Of a DNA stretch of 64,000 nt, positions 56,525-64,000 are shown in pieces (position 1 is the stretch's first letter; each line of letters opens with the position of its first letter). The notes below the pieces were generated by a model. It had not been told where the DNA came from and ran no database searches. It worked only from the letters and a program-made list of their open reading frames with translations. This DNA is from Candidatus Bathyarchaeota archaeon. Lineage in GTDB: Archaea; Thermoproteota; Bathyarchaeia; Bathyarchaeales; Bathyarchaeaceae. A program made the translations under genes and the position numbers. The stretch spans positions 12,624-76,623 of the forward strand of contig SOJZ01000031.1 of NCBI GenBank assembly GCA_004376295.1, written 5' to 3'.

Positions 56525-56573
56525 TGCATGCATGCATTTTATAGACATGTAAAACTATCTTGAGGCTGTATGC

Positions 56574-57185
56574 ATGGATGCATCTCGTTTACATTTTTTA
56601 GATGTCATTCGAGGAGTTGCTGTTTTATGGATGGTTGCTTTTCAAATAGCCGACGCATTCGGATTTTATGACCTTTACGGCTCTTCGTGGTTTCAGTTCG
56701 GGCTTAATTGGGTTCGGCTCTTTTGGTTTGTAAGTGGCTTTTCAGCCGTCCTTATGTATAGAAAATATAGTGTCAAGCGGTTTTGGTCTAAAGTTGCTTA
56801 TCGTTTCACTCTCTTCTCGTGTGTTGGGTTGTTGTTGGCCTTAGTCGTTCCATTTAATATAGACGTTACGCAAATCTGGTTTTATGAAGCGGTTTCAAGT
56901 ATAGGTTTGAATCTTATCTTCGTATCTGTCCTCGTATATGTTAATCGACTGTCCGTGTATGTAGCTTCTTTATTCGTGCTGCTGACGGCTCAAATAACCA
57001 TAGCTTTAAACGTTATGTTTAACCCTCTCGAAGTTTTAGCCTTCATGATTCTCGGCTCGATTCTCGCAACGAAAGACTTCAACTTAAACATTAAAAACAG
57101 ATTTTTAGAGTTTCTTGGTCGTCACGGTTTACTCCTTTACGTCTTGCATTTTCTGATTATAGCATGTAAGAGGTTTTTCTCATGA
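56574..57185 (+). CDS. Membrane protein, DUF1624/acyltransferase-3-like (short)
   Basis: 203 aa; LHFLDVIRGVAVLWMV N-terminal motif, about 6 TM. Confidence 0.5.
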   Translation: MDASRLHFLDVIRGVAVLWMVAFQIADAFGFYDLYGSSWFQFGLNWVRLFWFVSGFSAVLMYRKYSVKRFWSKVAYRFTLFSCVGLLLALVVPFNIDVTQIWFYEAVSSIGLNLIFVSVLVYVNRLSVYVASLFVLLTAQITIALNVMFNPLEVLAFMILGSILATKDFNLNIKNRFLEFLGRHGLLLYVLHFLIIACKRFFS

Positions 57186-57238
57186 ACACAAACACAGCTA
57201 TTAGAACAAGTTCAACGATGCATGCATGTGTGCAATCT

Positions 57239-58492
57239 TCATTTGGTTTTCGTACGTTCTTTTAGCTTCTTGAATTTCTTCTTGCTTCCTTCCAAAGTTT
57301 CAAAGTGCTCTTCTACCAATGCCTTCAAGGGTGCACGCATGCGGTCGGTAAGACCGTCGATGATGAAGTCTAAGGTTCTTTTGAGGTTTTCTGGGGCATC
57401 ATCGCTGTTCACAAGCTCTACTAAAGGCTGTAATTTAGCCATTTTTCCCTCCAAGACGTTAATCTCTTTGTCTCTCTCTTTCAATTGCTCTCTCAATTCC
57501 TCTATAACCTCTTCTGTTTCTGTCGGTGTAGCGGTTTCAAGCCTTAAGAATGGCATAGCCTTCTCAGCATACAGTTTGCGGTGGAACTCTGGGTCTTTAG
57601 GACGATAGTGCTCGTCTACGCCTTCTCTGACTATATGCCCCATCCAGAATTGCACGTATTCAAATCCTGCAGGGGTGGCGTATTTTCTGAAGAACTTGCG
57701 TAGATTGTAGAGTCTAACCTCGGCAGGTTTGTGATACTGACGTTTCTTAATTTTCATGACTTTGTGTCTCTCAAGTTTGTGGATGATTAAACGGAAAGTC
57801 TTACTGACGCTTTTAGGAGAGAAACATCTGTTTTCGCTGTGGTGCGTGAAAAGGTAATCGCTAGGTTTTATATGCGGTCTAGTTTTGAGATAGAGTTTAA
57901 GGAATCTTACGGTTTCAGGCCCTGCAAAAGTGAAGTAGTCGCGGTATTGCCCTTTAGCTATCTCTGCTGGCACGTTGACCTTTAAAGGGATAATGTCTGC
58001 TTCAAAATCTTTTTGAATATGCTCGTAACGGAGGCTATTAAGCGTGCATGGTCTTAGTCCGCTTTGAGCCATCATACAGAAATACGCTTTGTCTCTAACT
58101 TTGGCGTGAGCTAAGATTTGTGCTACTTCTTCTTTAGTGATGTCGCGGTTGTGGTATACGATTCGAAGCTTTCCTACAGGCACGTAGCCTAATGGCAAAT
58201 CATTATGCTTGAAGAAACTTCTTATCGCCCCTATGTAACTGGCAATTGACGCTGAAGTACGTTCTCCATTATCCAAATACGATATGAAAGCTCGAAGATA
58301 CCGTGCATACTTTCTTCGGAATTCACGGTCAGTCATAGCATCGTATTCTTCTAGAATCTGTTGGGGGGTTTTTTCTATAAAATCGCTAAAAATCTGTAAT
58401 AGTCTTCGGTAATTTTTCTCGGTGTGTACGCTTTTAGAATGACTATATTGCACGCTGGATATCCAACTATCTACCACGTTGAATTTATCCAT
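57239..58492 (-). mobile_element. Tyrosine recombinase / integrase with C-terminal coiled-coil extension
   Basis: 417 aa; catalytic-type residues in GLRPCTL, YNLRKFFRKY, WMGH, DEHYRP. No tRNA seen nearby. Confidence 0.82.
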
Positions 58493-58687
58493 CTTTTTCC
58501 ACGTACTTTTTTATGCTAGAATAGGCATTGGGCCTATATAAAGGTAACCTATAAGGTTATCTTTTAATATTAATGTGGGCTGTTATTAATTTTGCAAGAG
58601 AATCAAGGTGGTTTATTCAGAAGTTAAGTATCGGCTACTAGACATAGTGCGATAAGAAGTACAAAGAAGACGAATATACTTTCCAAG

Positions 58688-59761
58688 CTACACAATATTC
58701 CAGAATTCTTTAGGAGTCACTTTAGCCTTTCTTGCTGAGGCTATGTTGTATGGACAAACCTTTATGCATGTTGAACAATCTATGCCGTTTTGGCACCAGT
58801 AAAGGTAGCATCGTTCGACATCAACATACCATTTCAACGCTCCTGGATTGTTGGATCTGCATGTTGCTTGGAAGTTTGGTTCATTATCCATAGAAATCGC
58901 AACCGCCTTGCAATGTTGAGCGCACAACTTGCATTTTTCACAGAATTCTTTTACGCCGAATTTTATGGGTTTGTCAGGGCCCAACGGAAGATCTGTGAAA
59001 ATCTTGCAGAATCTTACTCTTGGGCCGTATTGAGGTGTTATCAATAGGCCATTGCGACCTAGTTGTCCAAGTCCAGCGTCAATTGCAAGTGGAATGCTCA
59101 AGGCAGTGTCATTTCCGCATTGAATTGCTTCATATCCGAGATTTCGGATAAACTCGCCCATGCATGCAAGTATAAAAGCCATTTTTGAATACCCCACTCC
59201 AGTAGCAGCCGCAGCAGGAGCAGCTGGAGAAGTTGCAATCCCATCCGCATCCATTTCAACCGCCATAACAATAACATTTTCGAATTTCTCTGGAATATTA
59301 ACATCTGCGTATAGCCAGTCTCTATTTAGCTTGCAGATTCCAACCAGCGATGCACCGAAAAGCTTTGCTGCTCGCTTGGTAAAAGTGCTCATCTTACATG
59401 GGTCATCAACTTCATATTTCGTTTTTGTCCAATCAATTCCAATAGTAGCTGCAGGGGTTCCATACAATTTGATTTTCTTCCAGGAAAAACCACCTTCAAA
59501 AGCGTCATGCACTATCCAAGAGGCATAAGCTAACGCAAAGTCAATTCTTGAATAACCCGGTTTTCCATTTGCAACGGTGTCAAGCACTTTTTCATCATAC
59601 ATTCGCTTGTAGCCTTTCCATGATGAATCCCACATTACCCTATCAAAAATTGTGTTTTTACGGTCGAAGCGGCGAAGCTCAAATCGATCGATAACGTAGG
59701 GCGGTTTTTCAACCCTTTTCACTTTAACTCTGGGAGCTTTGCTTGTTCGATTTGAATTCAT
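58688..59761 (-). CDS. Reductive-dehalogenase/QueG-like Fe-S protein
   Basis: 357 aa; two ferredoxin-type motifs CEKCKLCAQHC and CSTCIKVCPYN; no TAT signal seen. Confidence 0.6.
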   Translation of the reverse strand: MNSNRTSKAPRVKVKRVEKPPYVIDRFELRRFDRKNTIFDRVMWDSSWKGYKRMYDEKVLDTVANGKPGYSRIDFALAYASWIVHDAFEGGFSWKKIKLYGTPAATIGIDWTKTKYEVDDPCKMSTFTKRAAKLFGASLVGICKLNRDWLYADVNIPEKFENVIVMAVEMDADGIATSPAAPAAAATGVGYSKMAFILACMGEFIRNLGYEAIQCGNDTALSIPLAIDAGLGQLGRNGLLITPQYGPRVRFCKIFTDLPLGPDKPIKFGVKEFCEKCKLCAQHCKAVAISMDNEPNFQATCRSNNPGALKWYVDVERCYLYWCQNGIDCSTCIKVCPYNIASARKAKVTPKEFWNIV

Positions 59762-59978
59762 AATCTAGCACCTAAAGACATAACGGAATAGAGGATTTAA
59801 GTTGATTTTCCTTCTTTTCTCGGTTCTGTTAACTTTTCTATCATGAAAGCTTTTATCGTAAAGTTTCAAAAACCTTCTACTGCTCCTACACAAGTCTCAA
59901 CTTTGACATAACAGTTAAAAAGATTAGAACTATTGATATTCAAAACCTCTTGAAACAAAAAAAAGGGAATGTGCAGGT

Positions 59979-60914
59979 ATGGGATATTGGAAAGGCATGC
60001 GTTACTATCAGGATGGCGACGCATTCGTAGAAGTTGATGATACCTTCGCCGAGATGTTTTCGATGTGGGCTGGAAGAATTCTGATAACGGCTCACAACAA
60101 GAAATGGGCGTTAACAGCAGCGGGCATGGCAACAGGATTCGCTGCTTCCATAATCATGTCTCCAGCAGAAGCCGGAATAGAAGACATCGTTCCATCCAAT
60201 AAAACTCCTGATGGACGAGTTGGAGCGGTGATCCAAATTTACCACAGGACACGGAGGGAATTGAAGACCCAGATGATCTTAAGGATAAGTCAATGTATCA
60301 TGACATGTCCTACGACCGCAGCCTTCGACGCACTACCCAAAGCTAAGAGAAGATTGAAAGTGGGACGAAGCCTTCGCCTTTTCGGTGACGGATTTCAAAA
60401 AAAAGATGTTGTCGCAGGACGTGATGTTTGGCGCATCCCAGTCATGGAGGGAGAATTCGTAGTGGAAGATCGCTTCGGCGTTATGAAGGCCGTTGCAGGG
60501 GGGAACTTTCTGATTCTAGCGAAAAGTCGTGATTCCTGTCTTAAAGCGGCGGAGGAAGGGGTAAAGGCTATCAACCAGAGAGCTGAAGGAGTCATATTAC
60601 CTTTCCCTGGAGGCATATGCGGATCTGGATCTAAATCAGGCTCAATGAAATACAAACTTAGAGCATCGACGAATCACCCGCTCTGTCCGGGACTGAAGAA
60701 AATTGTGCCTGACTCGCAGGTTCCAGACAACGTGAACAGCGTTTACGAAATCGTCATAAACGGTTTGAATTCCAATTTTGTTAAGAAAGCGATGGCTGAA
60801 GGGATAAAAGCAGCAGTGAAGGTTCCAGGAGTGGTTAAAATCTCGGCTGGTAACTATGGAGGAAAGCTCGGTCCGTTCCGAGCTTATCTTAACGAAGTAT
60901 TACAACTAGCATAG
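59979..60914 (+). CDS. ftr: Formylmethanofuran--tetrahydromethanopterin N-formyltransferase
   Basis: 311 aa; VDDTFAEMFSMWAGRILITA...ATGFAASIIMSPAEAGIE matches the Ftr N-terminus pattern. Start may be an internal Met. Confidence 0.86.
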   Translation: MGYWKGMRYYQDGDAFVEVDDTFAEMFSMWAGRILITAHNKKWALTAAGMATGFAASIIMSPAEAGIEDIVPSNKTPDGRVGAVIQIYHRTRRELKTQMILRISQCIMTCPTTAAFDALPKAKRRLKVGRSLRLFGDGFQKKDVVAGRDVWRIPVMEGEFVVEDRFGVMKAVAGGNFLILAKSRDSCLKAAEEGVKAINQRAEGVILPFPGGICGSGSKSGSMKYKLRASTNHPLCPGLKKIVPDSQVPDNVNSVYEIVINGLNSNFVKKAMAEGIKAAVKVPGVVKISAGNYGGKLGPFRAYLNEVLQLA

Positions 60915-60926
60915 CAGGTACACAAC

Positions 60927-61493
60927 ATGCGATTAATAGTGGCCATAACCGGAGCCAGTGGAGTCATCTATGGCAAACGCATGTTGGAAGTGTTACGGAG
61001 CAAAAACGTTGAAACTCACCTTATAATTAGCAAGGCCGGGGAAAAAGTAATTGAACACGAACTTGACACCTCAAAGAGTAACCTCAAAAGACTAGCTAAC
61101 TACGTTTATGACATGGATGATTGGACCGCTCCAATCGTGAGCGGATCATTCAAAACGGATGGAATGGTTATCATTCCTTGTAGCATGAAAACGCTGGCAG
61201 GAATAGCTCATGGATACTCAGACAACATCATTTTAAGAGCCGCAGATGTTACGTTAAAAGAAAAACGAAAACTGATCATCGTCCCTCGTGAAACCCCTTT
61301 GAGTGCTATTCATTTGCGCAACATGCTAGAACTCGCGGAGGAAAACGTCACAATTGTTCCAGCAATGCCCGCATACTATCACGAACCTAAGGGCATAGAC
61401 GATCTTGTGGACTTTGTAGTTGGAAAAGTTTTGGGTCTCTTGGGAATAAAACACACTCTTACTAGAGGTTGGTCAAATAGAACACCTAAGTGA
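60927..61493 (+). CDS. ubiX: Flavin prenyltransferase UbiX
   Basis: 188 aa; MRLIVAITGASGVIYG..., PCSMKTLAGIAHG. Confidence 0.9.
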   Translation: MRLIVAITGASGVIYGKRMLEVLRSKNVETHLIISKAGEKVIEHELDTSKSNLKRLANYVYDMDDWTAPIVSGSFKTDGMVIIPCSMKTLAGIAHGYSDNIILRAADVTLKEKRKLIIVPRETPLSAIHLRNMLELAEENVTIVPAMPAYYHEPKGIDDLVDFVVGKVLGLLGIKHTLTRGWSNRTPK

Positions 61494-61735
61494 ATCATTA
61501 CTATGTTGAATTTCACTCTGAGAGTGATTTCAGGCTATTTTACTCTCTAAATGGATTTTTTACATAATTACCTATCAAAAATTTCAACATCACTCTCTGA
61601 GCTAGTTGTATGTTGATTGCGGTGAGAGACTTTTGATTGTAACAAACTGCAGTTTCTTCATTAGGTCTTCTCATTACTCTCTTTCGAGAATAACACCAAG
61701 TCTACATAAAAGTTATACTGTATAGAATAGCTGTC

Positions 61736-62395
61736 TTACTTTACTCTTATTTTCAATGTCTTCGAGAAGACAGTATGTCTCTCCTCTTTGATACTCTTAT
61801 ATTCGTAACAACTAACATGAAAACTCATGTAGAATGTGTAGTCTCCCTTTTCGTGTGTCTTTATCTTAAACGAGGAAACATATTTTTCGTCTTTGTACCA
61901 GAATCGTTCTTTGGGGAAATGAAGATGCCCATACCAATCTTCACACCACTCTTGTTCAATTGAACCTTGTTTTATAAATGCGTCAGAATAGGAGATTTCA
62001 GGTTTCTTTCTTGTTTCCTTTATTCTGAATCCAAAATATCTATCTCCTACTTTTGCGTTAATTCTAGGTTTTATTCTTAAGAAGATAACATCCTTAATGT
62101 CTTTTGGGAGTTCAAGTTCATCCTTGGTGTGATATATTTCAGTATCTTGTTTTTCGTAAGTGATTTTATAGTCTTTCAATGTTGGAATAAGGAAATGCAC
62201 CTCTAACGGGTCTTCCATTAGTTCAGTATATTCTTTCCTTTCTTTCCTTTTTTTATGCCAATTGTATAGTGCTTTTAGTCCCCTTGAAATTGTAAATAGG
62301 AAAGTTATTACTAGAAGGATGAAAGTCAATATTTGGTAAATTGTCCATTCTTGAAAGAATTCAAACATAACAAAATCTGTAGGTATTCTTAACAT
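61736..62395 (-). CDS. N-terminally anchored hypothetical protein
   Basis: 219 aa; one TM; AT-rich codons. Confidence 0.45.
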   Translation of the reverse strand: MLRIPTDFVMFEFFQEWTIYQILTFILLVITFLFTISRGLKALYNWHKKRKERKEYTELMEDPLEVHFLIPTLKDYKITYEKQDTEIYHTKDELELPKDIKDVIFLRIKPRINAKVGDRYFGFRIKETRKKPEISYSDAFIKQGSIEQEWCEDWYGHLHFPKERFWYKDEKYVSSFKIKTHEKGDYTFYMSFHVSCYEYKSIKEERHTVFSKTLKIRVK

Positions 62396-62552
62396 CGGTG
62401 TTTCCTCTACTATTATTTGTCTTTAGATTTCAATATTTTGTAGATTCTATTAGCCCTTTTACAAGCGAGGGGTCATCGTAGTTACCCTTACTATGTTCTC
62501 TCAATCTTACAGTTTATGTGCTTGAAAAGTTAATAGAATATGGGTATGCAAG

Positions 62553-63416
62553 TTGGAACCAGAAGAAATTTGGTTGTTTCCAATTCACTTCAAATCCGAT
62601 ATCAGAGAGGATATCTTCATAGATGAAGACAAGTTGAAACTCAGAAGGATTACTGATGAGGAGATTCTCAGATTTTTCAATATTAAAGTAGAAGAAAGAA
62701 CTGAAAGTGGGTTAATCAAAACGACGTCGGGTGCAGGTTTTGGCATCCTTGATGATCCTTTAGGTGGCATTTTGATAAACCATAGAGCTTTTGTTATGTC
62801 TTCTCAATTCATTCTTGAAGCAAAAGAAATAGAGTGCGTCAATTGGTTTCAGCAAGCTTTAAAACTGTACAGAGCTGGAAAAACTGGTGTCTTTTATGGA
62901 GTAAACCAGAATGCTCGCAGTATTCGCTTCTTACATCCAATTCCGTATTATGGAAAAGAGGTATATCGCCTAGAAGAAGGTGATCTCCGCAAGGTAAAGG
63001 CTCTGTATGAAACTATTAAGAGTACTAAGAGTAAACGTTACGATTTAGTAATGGAGAAATTTTTGTTCGCTTTATCTGGATTGTCCATTGAAAGCCATCA
63101 TAGGTTTTTAGAATTAGCAACCATTCTGGAAATGCTCTATGTGCCTAAACATGGAACTGAATTGAGCTTTAGATTCTCGTTGAGAGCCTGTAAAGTATTA
63201 TCAAAGTATCAATCCATGGATGAAGAAAAGACGTACAAGGATATGAGGACCGTTTATGACATAAGATCGGGCATTTCCCATTCTGGTTTTCACAGGGATA
63301 CTACGAAATACTTAGATAGTCTAATCGATTACACGAGGAAATCTATTGTCTTATTTCTAAAGGATTCTTCTATTTTTGAGGATAAGAAATTAGACGAACT
63401 ATGTATAAAGAATTAG
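62553..63416 (+). CDS. Hypothetical protein with C-terminal HEPN-like Rx4H motif
   Basis: 287 aa; YDIRSGISHSG in a helical C-terminal half. Weak call. Confidence 0.4.
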   Translation: MEPEEIWLFPIHFKSDIREDIFIDEDKLKLRRITDEEILRFFNIKVEERTESGLIKTTSGAGFGILDDPLGGILINHRAFVMSSQFILEAKEIECVNWFQQALKLYRAGKTGVFYGVNQNARSIRFLHPIPYYGKEVYRLEEGDLRKVKALYETIKSTKSKRYDLVMEKFLFALSGLSIESHHRFLELATILEMLYVPKHGTELSFRFSLRACKVLSKYQSMDEEKTYKDMRTVYDIRSGISHSGFHRDTTKYLDSLIDYTRKSIVLFLKDSSIFEDKKLDELCIKN

Positions 63417-63643
63417 ATACACACACAAAACTCATTAATTTTTGATAAGCCTCTGAAAATTTCTGATACATCCCTGTTCTTCTATATGGATTAATTTCTT
63501 ATAGAAGAGTAATAATAGTCAGAAACCATAATCCTCATAATCTGGATAAATGGACTGAGAATTCGCTTTTGAGTATTCTAATCAATTCTTCTGGTTCTGC
63601 TATTATCTTACTGCATTTCTCGAATTCGGAAACTTGAAGAAGC

Positions 63644-64000
63644 TTAGACCCTTTTGAAGGATTTGAAACATTCATTAACAAAATTTAGAAACTGCTCTGA
63701 AGAGACATCGAATTCTTTCTTAATTCTTATCTTAACTCTGTCGTGTTCCCCTCTACTTGTAATTTCCACAGAACTTTCCAACTGCAGTTTTTCTGACAAC
63801 GGTGATTCTTTATCAAAGACCTTTAACCCAAGTTCCTTCGAAACTTGTTCAACATTGATATCTCCCTTCTTTACTAGAAAATTTAGAAGGAGAGCTGTTT
63901 TCCGAGTATTAATATGCATCCAGATATGATTTCCTTCCTTAAATGAAACATAGAACTTCTGATTCCAGTTTGGTCCTTCGATAGTTTCGAAATTCTCTTT
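63644..64000 (-). CDS. Hypothetical protein, 5' part outside window
   Basis: The frame of ORF 63644..63919 stays open upstream to base 64000 (KENFETIEGPNWNQKFYVSFKEGNHIWMHINTRK...). Confidence 0.45.
   Translation of the reverse strand, partial: KENFETIEGPNWNQKFYVSFKEGNHIWMHINTRKTALLLNFLVKKGDINVEQVSKELGLKVFDKESPLSEKLQLESSVEITSRGEHDRVKIRIKKEFDVSSEQFLNFVNECFKSFKRV

Noticed and set aside
18840-57234. Possibility that the (ATGC)n tracts form a CRISPR array or integron attC sites
   Set aside because: The tracts are only 9-19 nt and irregularly spaced (30 nt to several kb). They are separated by genes rather than spacers, and there are no cas genes. They lack the R''-L''/L'-R' architecture and 60-130 nt length of attC sites. 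The integrase is convergent with the cassettes, not divergent from an attI.
57239-58687. tRNA gene as integration target next to the integrase
   Set aside because: I scanned the flanks (57186-57238, 58493-58687) and the other intergenic regions by eye for T-loop GTTCRAnnC and acceptor-stem pairing and found nothing convincing. A tRNAscan-SE/ARAGORN run is needed to be sure.

Overview
Archaeal chromosomal window. This is inferred from gene content: nop5-flpA, RNase HII, Trm1, AlaX, a two-subunit class I fumarase, fwdDBAC-mch, ftr and ubiX. I saw no rRNA, tRNA or CRISPR array by eye. Three housekeeping blocks (1-10.3 kb, 39.7-53.4 kb, 58.7-61.5 kb) are interrupted by accessory DNA. (i) About 29 kb lies between the fumarase beta (9.7 kb) and alpha (41.1 kb) subunit genes. 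It holds small membrane and zinc-ribbon ORFs, an internally duplicated NosD-like surface protein, HD, PD-(D/E)xK-like and NERD genes, and a small provirus-like module. Its most notable content is a tightly coupled metallophosphoesterase-TPR + Hsp90-like GHKL ATPase pair (27.5-31.3 kb) that I do not recognise as a named system. (ii) A cassette-like stretch at 53.4-58.5 kb (secreted repeat protein, TIR-TM, HEPN, acyltransferase-like protein) ends at a tyrosine integrase. (iii) 61.5-64 kb holds another Rx4H protein. There is also much non-coding structure that the gene calls do not explain. At least 25 alternating purine-pyrimidine palindromic tracts built on (ATGC)n or (GC)n sit at gene boundaries, mostly in the accessory DNA. 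Other items are multi-copy leader and intergenic repeats, a start-less CxKC mini reading frame in four copies, a T-free GACG/G-run tract, a 10-bp phased T-tract array, and a ~1 kb ORF-free region with iteron-like repeats. All functional calls rest on motif recognition by eye. No searches or computations beyond hand translation were run.
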